From Octopus sinensis (taxonomy: Eukaryota), in NCBI RefSeq assembly GCF_006345805.1, contig NC_043005.1, positions 41,292,001 to 41,356,000 on the forward strand: a DNA stretch of 64,000 nt. Reading direction: 5' to 3'. The position numbers were made by a program, and so were the translations under genes. Below are positions 26,656-39,650 of this stretch, in pieces (the first letter of the stretch is position 1; each line of letters opens with the position of its first letter). Under the pieces are notes generated by a model. The model worked only from the letters and a program-made list of their open reading frames with translations, was not told where the DNA came from and searched no databases.

Positions 26656-26734
26656 CTGTACAGGTAAGAGGGGGAAAAAAAAAAACGGTATGGCAAATAA
26701 AGAAGACAATTGTTTTTCTTACATTATTTACATT

Positions 26735-26942
26735 TCACAGATATTTGTCCTCATATTGTTTGTTGTTAACACGTTTTGGCTGATATACCCTCCAGCCTTC
26801 ATCAGGTGTCTTGGGGAAATTTCGAACCTGGGTTCTCATTCCTAAGCTATTTTTCAATTTTATTATTATTATTATTAAGGTCAGTGCCTGGAATCGAACT
26901 TGGAATCAGTAGCCTGCACTCTTAACCACTATGCCATATGCC
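26735..26942 (-). mobile_element. tRNA-headed short element carrying a decayed hammerhead motif
   Basis: A box TGGCATAGTGG (26926-36), B box GTTCGATTC (26891-99), (AAT)n, then GACAC-CUGAUGA-A-GGCUG(10 nt)CAGCC-AAAA-C-GUGUU (26768-26810). Confidence 0.65.
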
Positions 26943-27176
26943 TGTAGGCAATTATGAAGTGAATTTTAGGGCTTATAAAGCTAAGCCTATCCTTCCTCTA
27001 TACCAGTTCCATATGTTATTCATATCTGCACTTGGTCTGCTTAGGGAGGTTGTTGTATCCTAGCATATGTGCTGTTTCTTTTAGTTTTCATATTCTCCAG
27101 TGGTATTCTCTGTCTATTATTTTAGCTTCATCCCACAGGGGGAGGTGGTCTCCATTTTTCTTATTCTTTTTCTTCT

Positions 27177-28325
27177 TGGTGAGCTGGCAAAGTCATTAGC
27201 ACGCCAGGTGAAATTCTTACCAGTATTAAGTCTGTCGCTATGTTCTGAGTTCAGATTCCGCCAAGGTTGACTTTGCCTTTCATTCTTTCAGGATTAATAA
27301 ATTTAGATCCAGTGAAACATTGGGGCTGATGTGGTTGGCTAGTCCCCTCCCACCAAATTTCAGGCCTTGTGCTTATAGTAGAAAAGATTATTATTTTTAT
27401 TAAGGTGGCGAGCTGGTAGAATCATTAGAATGCCGGATGAAGTGCTTAGCGATATTTCACCTGTCACCACATTCTGAGTTCAAATTCTGCTAAGGGCAAC
27501 TTTGCCTTTCATCCTTTCAGGATTTATAAATTAAGTACCAGTTGAACACTTGGGTCGATGTGATCGACTCATCTCCTCCCCCAAAATTGCTGCCCTTGTG
27601 GCAAAATTTGAAACTATCATTATTACTTATTATTAATAAGGTGGTGATCTGACAGAATTATTAGCATGCTGGGCAAAAAAGTTTACTAGCATTTCATCCT
27701 TCCTTACTTAATGAGTTCAGATTCCACCAAGGTCAACCTTTTCTTTCATCCTTTTGGGGTTGATAAAATAAGTACCAGTTGAACACTGGGGTTGATGTAA
27801 TCAACTTATTTCCTTCCCCAAACTTGCTGGCCTTGCGCCAAAATTTGAAACCAGTATTATTACTATTATTAAGGTTGTGAGCTGGCAGAATTGTTAGCAT
27901 GTCAGGCAAAATGGTTTGTGGCATTTTATACATTCTTACATTGGGAGTTCAAATTCTACTGAAATTGACTTTTCTTTTCATCATTTTTGGGTCAATAAAA
28001 TAAGTAGCAGTCAAGTATTAGGGTCAATGGAATTGACTTTCCCCTCCTCTGAAATACTGGCCTTGTGCTAAAATATGAATCCTTTACTAGTGATACCATA
28101 ATACTATAGTAAGTATTATTATCAGTACTAGGTGTCATCCATCATATGGTGGATGACACCAAGTGACAATAAAAATAATACTTTGAGAAAAATAAAGAGA
28201 AAAAGAGGGTGGTGAACTGGCAGAATCGGTAGCATGCTGGACAAAATGTTTGGCAGCATTTCTTCGAGCCTTATAATTTGAAGTCGACTTTGCCTTTCAT
28301 CCTTGTTGGGGTGGGTGTCGAATTT
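27177..28325 (+). mobile_element. Head-to-tail array of SINE family B (four near-full units of about 230 bp plus one partial)
   Basis: Units start at about 27177, 27404, 27640, 27873 and 28208. Each carries GAGTTCAAATTC and GACTTTGCCTTTCATCCTT core and ends in (TAT)n. Confidence 0.85.
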
Positions 28326-28402
28326 TTGAAAACTTAGATGTAAATTTTATGTTGGACATAAAGCTATAGTTTTTAGTGTAACGATCACAGAAATGCAAGA
28401 AG

Positions 28403-28900
28403 TTAACTAAACTGTCTTGTTATCCTTCCCAGGAAAAAGAGGTCATCAGCGAAACATAACCAGAGTACTGGTTCATGACCATGCAGGAACTTGAATGTCT
28501 TCATTAAATGTGTCTTGAATTTCATTATAAAGACATCAGTGAAATTAACTTCCATGGGGGTACCCATGGTGTAACCCCTTGTCTGGTGGTAAAATCTCTG
28601 TCCAAGCTTCATTGTGTTACTTTGTAACACAAACTTCAATAACTTACAGGGAAAATTAGATGGAATACTTTTGTTTGACCGTTTTTCAAACACTTTCATG
28701 CATGCTTCCACCTGCTCATCATGATTAACATTGGGATATAGTGAAGAAATAGCAGTGGTTATCAAAAACAAATTTCCAACACTGCTTTGGTGCTTCGAAA
28801 AGTTGTTAATTTTGGACACAAAATCAAAAGTTTTCTGAATATAAGAACTTGGTCTTTTTGCTTCAGGGAGTAGAAAGCCATCCAACAGCTCCAAAATGTT
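28403..28900 (-). mobile_element. Penelope-like reverse transcriptase remnant
   Basis: SLYPNV...FYHQTRGYTMGTPMEVNF.DVF...PVLWLCFADDLF (PLE RT motifs 3-5). Confidence 0.85.
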
Positions 28901-28904
28901 TAGT

Positions 28905-29190
28905 ACTTTACTAGGTTCTACAAAGCTCCCATTGGATTGCTCTCCCTAGATTGCCATGTCTTTTCTTGTATTCTTTCTGTGTCAGCATGCTACATTCACA
29001 TACTATATGAGTAATGCTTTCCTATTTTGATTTGCATAATCTACATTGGGAATCTACTTGGTTTTGTCTATCTTGGCTTTTATCCAATTAGTCCTTAATG
29101 CTTGATCTTGTGCAGCTACTAACAAAGTTTCTGTCTCCCTCTTCAGCTTTCCTTTCTGCAACCATAACCATGTCTCACTACAACTATTTG
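28905..29190 (-). mobile_element. Third Dong/R4-like remnant (zinc knuckle region)
   Basis: WLWLQKGKLKRETETLLVAAQDQALRTN...CRLC...SITHI.CEC..L.QKEYKKRH. Confidence 0.8.
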
Positions 29191-29294
29191 CAGCAACTAT
29201 CTTTGGGAATCTACCAGGCAACACTTTCTCCTGCTAGTCAGATAATTTCTGTTCTTTTCCCTGGTTTTTAAATTCATTTGGGTTTTTGGTTTCC

Positions 29295-29388
29295 TTATGT
29301 CTTGCTGTGATTCAGTTTCCCTATGTTTTGCTGTGACTCAGTTTCTTTATGTCTTACTATGACTCATTTCCCTATGTCTTGCTGTGGT
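29295..29388. repeat. Minisatellite of about 27 bp (about 3.5 copies)
   Basis: (c/t)tatgtcttgctgtga(c/t)tcagtttc repeated. Confidence 0.8.
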
Positions 29389-29408
29389 AATTATTATTAT
29401 TATTATTA

Positions 29409-29461
<53 letters not shown>

Positions 29462-29749
29462 GTTGTTGTTGTTGTTATTGTTGCTGTTGTTGTTATTAAC
29501 ATGGTGTATTGGCAAAATGGTTAGCATGCTGGCCAAAGCTTGATGGCATTTCTTCCAGCACTTTATGTTCTGAACTAAAATTCTGCCACGGTAGACTTTG
29601 CCTTTCATCCTTTCAAGGTTAATAAAATAAGTACCAGTTAAGCAGTGGGGGGTGAATGTAACTGACTAACAGCCTCTCACCCTAAAAATTGCTGACCTTG
29701 CACTTAAACTTTAGAGAATTATTTATTGTATTAATTTTTGTTTTGTTAC

Positions 29750-29857
29750 CTGAGTGGCAATAGCTGCTTCAATCGAGGGATATCCAGCTTTGTCTAAAGT
29801 CATTCCTGGAAACAGGTCATCAATTAGTGACATGAATAATGGTTCATCTTCATCCAC
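29750..29857 (-). CDS. DNAH5: Dynein heavy chain exon 8: [18 protein letters not shown]...AAIATQ
   Basis: 108 nt, phase 0-0, hand-translated; DEDEPLF..LI.DLFP motif; canonical AG/GT. Confidence 0.96.
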
Positions 29858-30366
29858 CTGGAAACAAATCGAGAATCACAACATTATTCCTGGAAATTGA
29901 GGTAAATACTTTAAGTCACTTATGTGCATACATGTTCTTCATTCACTCATATGGACACATACATACATATAAACACGTGTATAATTATATGTGTATATAT
30001 ATATGTATGTATATATATATATACATATATATATATATTTATATACACTTAAAAGGTTACTAGTCCTGGCTGGTCAGAGAGTGACTATTAGTTTCACACC
30101 TATAAGGCTTTTAGCAGTATAGATGTCTCATCACACATTTTGTGATGGTCACTTTTTTTCTTGCCCAATAGACAAATGCACTATATATTCATTCTCTACA
30201 TGTTTATTATTGTTCTTATTTCATGTCCATTGTCTTTCATCACACACCTGACCTCTTCAGTGACCTTCCTTCTCATGTGTCTCCTGTTCTGTTTCAACAC
30301 ACATCAGGAATCTGACAAAACAAATACATATATATGTGTGTGTGTATATATATATATACATATATA

Positions 30367-31209
30367 TACAAAATATGGGGGTTTAGTTCACAGGTGGTTT
30401 AAACAACTAGGTACACAGCGTAAGTGCTGTAACAGATTGCCAGGGCTCCAAGGTTATAGCCACGATGGGAGTTATGGAACCATTGTAGATTTCTGATATA
30501 GTGGATATATAATTGTTAGAGAGGACAACAAACATTAAGGTAAGACAAAAATCTCAAGTCATATACATTATTATTATTGGCAAAATTCAAAGACTTACAG
30601 CTGTTTCTGTGATATCCCAGAGTATGGGATGTTCTGTCATCTTTCTCTTTACCCCTTAATAGCCACCTCTGCTACCATTCTCTTATGGAACATCAATATG
30701 TTCATGTCTATTTCTGGTTATTTATACTATTAAGGTGTCAACCAACATGGATTTACACAGGATTGCTCCTAAGGACGTATGGACTAACATTTACACAATC
30801 AGAAAGGTGAACTGTGAACTTTTATACTTCTTTTTTCTTCTCTTTCTTCTTTTTCTTCATCTCCTTATCCCTTTTCTCCTGTCTTCTATGCCATCATTTC
30901 ATTAATCTATACCATTCCCTTTTCCCTATTTGTCTCCAATGATAGAATATTCCATACTCTGGGATATCCCAGAAACAGCTGTAAGACTATGAATTTTTCC
31001 AATAATAATAACGTATATGACTTGAGATGTTTGTCTTACCTTAATGTTTGTTATCCTCTTTAACAATTACATATCCACTATATCAGAAATCTACAATAGT
31101 TCCATAACACCCACCTTGGCTATAACATTGGGGCCCTGGTAGTCCATTACAGCACTTATCCAGTGTACCTAGTCATTTAAATCACCTGTGAACTAAACTC
31201 CCCATATTT

Positions 31210-31212
<3 letters not shown>
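30367..31212. repeat. Inverted repeat, arms of about 270 bp (30367-30640 / 30939-31212), probably PLE-derived
   Basis: Arms are reverse complements with scattered mismatches; each holds GAAACAGCTGTAAG(A/T)C (hammerhead 3' half); flanked by (AT)n on both sides. Confidence 0.85.
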
Positions 31213-31249
<37 letters not shown>

Positions 31250-31290
31250 ATGTTTATCTTACCTTAAAGTTTGTTGCCCTTTTTAACAAT

Positions 31291-31333
<43 letters not shown>

Positions 31334-33002
31334 GTACACACACATATATATGAACTGGGTGCGTGGTACGTAGCTTGCTTACCAGCCACATGGTTCCTGG
31401 TTCAGTCCCACTGTGAGGCACCTTGAGCAACTGTCTTCTACTATATAGCCTCAAGCTGACCAAAGCCTTGTGAGTGGATTTGGTAGCAGGAAACTGAAAG
31501 AAGCCTGCTGTATGTATGTATGAATGTATGTATGTATGTATACATATATATATATTGTGTTTTGCAATATTTTACTTGTCAAGTTACAGCAAAAGCAATC
31601 CAGTGTTGAAAGTAGAGGCCATCATTTTGCAATATATATGACATCATATGGATAAACTTATGCTTATATATTTTATTTTAACATGTTCTGAGGGAGGAAA
31701 TACTGCAGATAAATCAGGCAGTTCTTTCATAAATGTTTCCTTACTCCACAACCAGTACATGTACACATATGCATATGTGCACACACACACACACACATGT
31801 AACGAACTTCTTTCAGTTTCCTCTCTACCAAATCAATTCACAAGGCTTTGGTTGGCTTTAGGCTATAGTAGAAAACACATACCCAAAGTCCCATGGAATG
31901 GGATTGAACCCTGAATCATGTGGTTGGGAAGCAAGCCTCATATCACACTGACACATCTGTGCCTTTGTGTACTTGTGAGAAATAAATTTTGAAAATCAAT
32001 ATAATGTGTGAAGACAAATGTACTGAAACGAACTATGTGCTGGATGATATTGTTTACTGAAAATGCAACTATGAACAGATATGAAGAATTACAAAATAAT
32101 ATCCAAACTTCTGAATGTCTAAAGCTATGTAATATCAGATTTTATTATTTTTTTTGAAATAATGTCACAAACTACAGACTGGTTACCTTTTATATGAATA
32201 TTTACACCTACAGTTTATTAAAAAAAATTTGAAGAGATTTTTATTTCCATTTTCACAGTTTCTTCTTTAGGAGAATGTGTAACTGAGAATTTGACAGGAA
32301 GATTATCAGAGAATTTCATTTCCAGAGAGGGATTCACGAACAAAAGTATCCACACAATGGTTATCATATACAATGCAAATGAACATGTATATTAACGCAT
32401 ATACACAGTAATGTACACACATACACACAAACACACACACAGACACAAACACATTCACACACACACTTCCTAGCCCCCACACCATTACACCCACACATTA
32501 CAGATGCACCCACACATGCACACGTCAAGGTCACCAGCTGTTATCCACACACACACACAATTACATACTCTCATGTACGCATGCACACACACACCTTGCT
32601 TTTGGGATCATCAATACTTTATTATCTCCCTTCCTCCATGCTCTCCTATCTAATACCTCTGTCCAGCCAGCCACCATGATTGACCGCTAGCCTCTAAATC
32701 TTTTCTTATTCTCTCCTTGTTTAATTCCTTGTGTTCCTTTCTGTTGAAGAGCATAGGCTCAAAACATAAAAGACTTTCTCATCTTCCCGAGCTTTAAACT
32801 GACACACCTGCTTGTTGTTTATACACCTGTCTTCGTCTTGTGTTTTTCTGTAAATTCTAAGTATATATATATATGCACATATGTATGTATGTGTAAGTAT
32901 ATATATATATGTATGTATATATATATATATATATATATATGTATGCGTACATATATATGCATATATATATATATATATTCAGGAAGGAAGGGAAGAAGGA
33001 AG

Positions 33003-33037
33003 GTTTAACGTTTCAAGTGGAGCTCTTCGTCAGAAAC
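33003..33037 (-). ncRNA. Hammerhead-like motif with canonical CUGACGA core and degraded stem II
   Basis: GUUU-CUGACGA-A-GAGC(UCC)ACUU-GAAA-CG-UU-AAAC. Confidence 0.6.
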
Positions 33038-33254
33038 ATAGGAAAAGGAAATATCCAGAGAAGGGAAGACGGAGAAAAAAAAAACACCAACCGTACACAC
33101 GCGGTCACATTTTGCATATATACATATACATATACACATATATATATACATATATATTATACACACACACACATACACACACATATATATATATATATAA
33201 TATATATATAATATATATATATGTATATGTATCTATCTATATATATAGGCACAG

Positions 33255-33625
33255 GCATGGCTGTGTGCTAGGAAGCTTGCTTGCCAACCACATGGTTTTG
33301 GGTTCAGTCCCTGGACAAATGTTTTCTACTGTACCCTTGGGCTGACCAAAGCCATGTCAGTGGATTTGGTTGATGGAAACTGAATGAAATATGTCCTATA
33401 TATAAATATATTATGTGTGTGTATTTGTTATCCTCTCCTCCACCATCACCTAGAAACGATGTTGGTGTGTTTACATGCCCATAACTTAGTGGTTCAGCAG
33501 AAGATACTGATAGAATAAGCACCAGGCTTACAAAGAATAAGTCCAGGGGTTGATTTCATCAACCAAAAGGCAGTGCTGAAGCTTGGCCGAACTCAAATGA
33601 CTGAAATGAGTAACAGAGTAAAAGA
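33255..33625 (+). mobile_element. SINE family A copy (diverged)
   Basis: Similarity to other family A copies. Confidence 0.75.
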
Positions 33626-33628
33626 GTA

Positions 33629-33701
<73 letters not shown>

Positions 33702-34125
33702 TATATATATGAATATATATATATATATATATATATATCATGTGTATATATATATGTGTGTGTGTGTGTAGCTGGAACAGGAAGTCATGTTCTTACTTGT
33801 TTCCTGTTCACTATCACAACCAGATTTAGGCTCAGCAGCCTTTCCTGTTTGTTTCCACTGTCCTGTTTGTGTTACCAATTTTGTGCAGGTGGCATGTAAA
33901 AAACACCATTTGAGCATGGCCATTGCCAGTACCACCTGACTGGCCCTCATGCCGGTGACACGTAAGAGCACCCACTACAATCTTGGTTAGCATTAGGAAG
34001 GGCATCAAGCTGTAGAAACTCTGCCAGATCAGATTGGAGCCTGGTGCAGCCATCTGGTTTGCCAGTCCTCAGTCAAATCGTCTGACTCATGCTAGCATGG
34101 AAAGCAGACGTTAAACGAACAAACA

Positions 34126-34166
<41 letters not shown>

Positions 34167-34283
34167 CATATTATAGCCCCAGGCTGACCAAAGCCTTGTG
34201 AGAGGATTTCATACACAGAAAGTGTATATGTGTATATTTCTGTGTGTGTGTATATAAATATATATATATATATAATATATATA

Positions 34284-34358
<75 letters not shown>

Positions 34359-34361
34359 TAT

Positions 34362-34392
<31 letters not shown>

Positions 34393-35144
34393 GTATTTGT
34401 GTGTCTGTGTTTGTCCTCCCAACATCGCTTGACAACCGATGTTGGTGTGTTTACATCCCCGTAACTTAGCAGTTCAGTAAAAGGGACTGAGAGAATAAGT
34501 ACTAGGCTTGCAAAGAATAAGTACTGGGGTTGATTTGTCCGAGTAAAGGTGATACTCCAGCATGGCTGCAGTTAAATGACTGAAACATGTAAAAGAAAAA
34601 AAAGACTGCAGCTTGCTGCGACACCACCTTGAGGGGTTTAGTGAAGTAAATCTACAACAGTATTTAGTTTTTAAATCTGATACCCACTTCATCAGTTTCT
34701 TTTGCCAAATTGCTATGTTATGGGGTCATAAACAAACCAACACTGGTTGTTAATCAGTGATGAAGGATAAACACAGTTTGTTGAGATAGCTTTTCTATGG
34801 TTGGTTGCCTTTCCTGTCACCAACCCTCACACTGTTTCCATGCAAAATAATGATTCCTTGTAGCCATTCACAAAAGAACGGAGATGAGCAGCATCATTTA
34901 TATGATGGTGATTCTCACAGCCATCACATGATGACAAGATTAAGTGATGCATACATACTGACACACAGAGGAAGCACTCTGCCAATGGTCTTTGAAGAAT
35001 CTCTGAGAGAAGGAAGGAAAAATTACAGTATACAGATTGCCATAATAGGAATCAACACAAGATCAATACATCCACAGACCTCAATAGAGTGGCCACTGCT
35101 AAAGCCACTAAAGGACCAGATGTTGATGTAGTTGCTGTTGCTGT

Positions 35145-35507
35145 TGAGCGTAGCGGTCTTCATTCTATGTAGTGGGAGAAGTCCGAAATGTGGTCCTTTG
35201 CTATTTGTAAGACCCGCAGAAGAGAAAGCAGGTCAACCCCCGACACCGAGAGCATCGACGGATGGATGAATGCGCATCCAGGCTCAGCGGTTACATAGGA
35301 AGCCGGGTACAAGAAACAGGAAGAAAGAGTGAGAGAAAGTTGGAGCGAAAGAGTACAACAGGGGTCGCCTCCCCACCCTGCTGGAGCCTCGTGGAGCTTT
35401 AGGTGTTTTTGCTCAATAAACACACACAACGCCCGGTCTGGGAATTGAAACCGCGATCCTCCGACTGCGAGTCCGCTACCCCAACCACTGGGCCATTGCG
35501 CCTCCAC
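35145..35507 (-). mobile_element. tRNA-derived SINE (family C head, different 3' half)
   Basis: A box TGGCCCAGTGG, B-box-like GGTTTCAATTCC; shares head and GTGTGTTTAT.AGC.AAACACCTAA...GCTCCA block with 13595-13900. Confidence 0.75.
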
Positions 35508-36429
35508 TGATGTAACTACAGGCAAGCAATTAGGCTCTCCACCCAGGAACTTTCACAACTATCTAATAGATTTATGCAGATTTCATTGGCTCATTTTCAC
35601 TGAAAGAGCTTCAGTTGTCCCAAATCAAAAAAGAGGAAAAGTTAACTAAGGTGATGCAGAGTGAAATTGAACCTAACACCACATCACTGTATGATTCAGA
35701 AACAAACTTTTCGATCAACAAACCACAGAAAATCGTAATAGCATTGCATTGTGTTATTTAAATTGAGAGTAAATGATCTGTAAATAATCTGTTTTTAGAT
35801 TATTTACTTATGACACACAACCCCTCTCACTCTCTCTCCTTCTCATATATATATACACACACGCACACACTCATACACACACACTCACACACACATATAC
35901 ACACACATGCACACTCACACACATATATATTATATATATATTTTAATATATATCTGCATATCTATGTGCATACATACACATGTGTGTATACATATAAATA
36001 TATGCTTATATATATGAATATATATGCATGTGTGAATACATATATACAAACATGTATGTATATGCATATATATATGTGTGTGTGTGTATATATGTATGTA
36101 TATATATATATATGTATATATGTATACACACACATACTCACTCACACACATGCACACACACACATGTGCACGTGCGTGCGTGCACACACACACACAGAGT
36201 ACATATCATAAAATTTTACATAATAATAATTCATAAAATGGGGAAAGTATCAAAATATCAATAACATATCTTCTAATTTCATTCTTAGTTTCAATATTTA
36301 GACTGAAACAAAATTGAAACCACCAAATACCTCAGGAGCTTTCAACCAATTACAGTCAATATATGTTCACATACATACATACATATATACAGACTTACAT
36401 ATGTATGTATATGTGTTTGTGCATAAACA

Positions 36430-36467
<38 letters not shown>

Positions 36468-36832
36468 TATTATGCATTAGTAATTTTAACATTAGATTCA
36501 TATTACCTGGCATATTGTACATTGAATTTTATAAACAATATAGCTACTTCCAATTGAGAGTATTTGTGCAATCTGGGTGGAACAAGCAACACAATGTATT
36601 CTTGTTCAAAGTTTCACTTTACTGAGTCTTTTTTTTTTTTTTACTGATCTTAACATTTGCTTCCAATTTACATTGGCAAAATACACATACATGCTGGCAT
36701 GGTTGTATGGCAAGAAGCTTGCTTCCCATCTTCTTCTATAGCCTTGGACTGACCAAATTTTGTAAGTAGATTTGGGAGATGGAAACTGAAAAGAAGCATG
36801 TAGTGTGTATATGTATATATATATATATATGT

Positions 36833-37217
36833 AGGAGTGGCTGTGTGGTAAGTAGCTTGCTTACCAACCACATGTTCTGGATTCAGTCCCACTGCATGGC
36901 ACTTTGGGCAAGTGTCTTCTACTATAGCCTCGGGCTGACCAAGCCTTGTGAGTGGATTTGGTAGATGGGAACTGAAAGAAGCCCATCATGTATATACATA
37001 TATATATATATATATGTGTCTCTGTTTGTCCCCCCCCCAACATCGCTTGACAACCGATGCTGGTGTGTTTACGTCTCCCTAACTTAATGGTTTGACAAAA
37101 GAGACCAATAATATAAGTACTAGGCTTACAAAGAATAAGTCCTGGGGTCGATTTGCTTAACTAAAGGCGGTGCTCCAGCATGGCAACATTCAAAATGATT
37201 GAAACAAGTAAAAGAGT

Positions 37218-37218
<1 letters not shown>
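36833..37218 (+). mobile_element. SINE family A copy
   Basis: Complete head to tail; preceded by a partial head copy at about 36690-36800. Confidence 0.85.
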
Positions 37219-37259
<41 letters not shown>

Positions 37260-38128
37260 TTATAAGTCTATGTCTGGTCATAGAGTGACCATCCACAAAG
37301 TTTCAGACTCTAAAGACAAAGACAAAAGTAACTCTTCTCCTATGGGAGGCAGAAATCCGTTATGGTCATGTGGCCAGTAAGTCACCAAAGAATGAATAGT
37401 CCAGGGTTAGTGAGGATGGGTTATCTCCCTTAGACCAGTGTTTGTGGACCAAAAAAGGGGACGTGGGTTTATCCCTTTGGGCTGATTTTAGATGGTAAGG
37501 ACTCTTGTAGGTCTAATTGGAGAATAGGGAATCGCATGCTTGCAGCAGGTAGCATTTGAAATGGATGCTCGAATGTTTTGTTCATGTGCCACTGGCACAA
37601 GTGCCAGTGAGGCAATGCTGTTAACAATCATGCTCAAATGGTGCTTTTTACATGCCACCGACACAGAAGCCTGACAGCTGCTCTGGCAGTGTTCACGCTC
37701 GGATGGAGCTCATTATTCAAACCAAGGCTTCGGTGACAAACACTTGCCCAAGGTGCTACTCAATGGAATTGAAATCAAAACCATCTAGTTGCAATGTAAA
37801 CTTCTTAACCATACATCAAGGTCTGGCTTCAGGCAAGAACTCTATTGATTCATAGAGAATTTGAGTGGATGTTAATGATCAGCATTGAATATGGTTCTAT
37901 ACTTGCTTCCAAACCGTAGGAATACTTCACAGAAGATGAATCAGATGTAGTGTGCAAGGGTGAAGACTGCAGTGGTACAGACAAGCGATGACAAGTGATG
38001 CAAGACTGATTGCAGGGATATGAAACTTATGGAGATGACAAAGAACGGTTGAATGTCCATATTTCAAGTGTTCCTCACTTATGAGATTTGATGACAAAAT
38101 TCATTTACAAATATCTATATATAGGCAT

Positions 38129-38520
38129 AGGAGTGGCTGTGTGGTAAGTAGTTTGCTTACCAACTACATGGTTCCTAGTTCAGTCCCACTGCGTGGCACC
38201 TTGGGCAATTGTCTTCTACTATAGCCTCGAGCCAACCAAAGCCTTGTGAGTGGATTTGGTAGACGGAAACTGGAAGAAGCCCGTCATATGTATGTGTTTA
38301 TTTATATGTGTGTGTATGTGTGTATGTTTGTGTGTCTGTGTTTGTCCCCCCCCCAACATTGCTTGACAACTGATGCTGTTGTGTTTACGTCCCTGTCACT
38401 TAGCGGTTCGGCAAAAGAGACTGATAAAATAAGTACTAGGCTTACAAAGAGTAAAGGCGGTGCTCCAGCATGGCCACAGTCAAATGACTGAAACAAGTAA
38501 AAGAGTAAAGAGTAAAAGAG
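38129..38520 (+). mobile_element. SINE family A copy
   Basis: Complete head to tail. Confidence 0.85.
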
Positions 38521-39199
38521 TATATGTCTTGCATTGTTTTGAATGTTCACTGGTTATAGTCCTGTCTCAGGTTGTCTGTTACTTGTCTAATGAAAACAGG
38601 ATCTCTTGTATTATTTTGTACACTGAATATCTGTTATTTTATAGATTATATTTGTATTTCTTTTTCAGGCATTTTTGGTAGATTTCTAAATACTTCTGTT
38701 CTGTGAACCCATTTGGAGCTGCTTTATGAATTGTCTCACAAAATCATACAACTTTTACTTACATATCAGATTGGAAGTCACTTATAATCGCAGATAATGC
38801 TATCAACTGGATAATGTAATCAAAATTAGTGGATTGCAACCTTCATATTTTGCTAAATGTTAACAGCTTACTATAACCAAATCAGCTTCATCCCAAACTA
38901 ATAACAATAAACAGTCTCCACTGGGTATGTTATGATGTTGGCAACTGTTGAATGGACAATGTAAATTCTTGTTCTACTTTAGTTACTTTTCATGTGAGAC
39001 TTTGCCAAAACAACTTAGATATAAATGTGGTATTCCTTCTTGGATCTGCTTTTGGTATTGTTATATTTGCTATTTCTTGAAAGTCAATGCTTTAGGTTTG
39101 GACTTTTATCGGTTTATGATATCTAGGGTCTGTTTAAGGTTGGTGTAATATCTATTTTGCTTACAGCTTCTTTAAAACTCTTTTATCTGTTTTTATAAT

Positions 39200-39650
39200 G
39201 TATGTTCATTTCCTTTTTGTTGTAGACTGTATGTCTGTTGTATAGTAGATTGTGTTTTAGAGATGGAACTGTTACTAATTTTGTTCTAGTCATAAATAGT
39301 TATGTCTACTAGTAGCCATTACTGATTATGTTTGGTTTCATATGTATAACTTCTTTCTGATGTAATGTAATGATCAATGATATTAAATGTGCTCTTCTGA
39401 GCAGCAATTTAATAATGAATATCTTATATTTATCCAGACATTTACTTTGTGCATTTAAGTAGAAGTTGCTATTGTGGCTTTTGTTATATACTGATGTGGT
39501 GTATTTATTATTCTTAAGTGAAATATGAACATCTAAGAATTCGGTTTCATTGCCAGTACCTTATTTCAAAAGAGAATTTTAGTACTGTGTTCACTTTGAA
39601 AAGATTTTCTTAATTTATTTCACTTGTTTATATCTCAATATACAAGCAAC
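39200..39650 (-). mobile_element. Old Penelope-like RT C-terminal remnant
   Basis: VLKFSFE...EFLDVHI...KYTTSVYNK...NFYLNAQSKC..KYK..I..LL.RAHLI...NGY. Confidence 0.6.

Noticed and set aside
27177-28325. Repeat array superficially like CRISPR
   Set aside because: Units are about 230-bp diverged SINEs with no short invariant repeat and unique spacers; the context is eukaryotic with no cas genes
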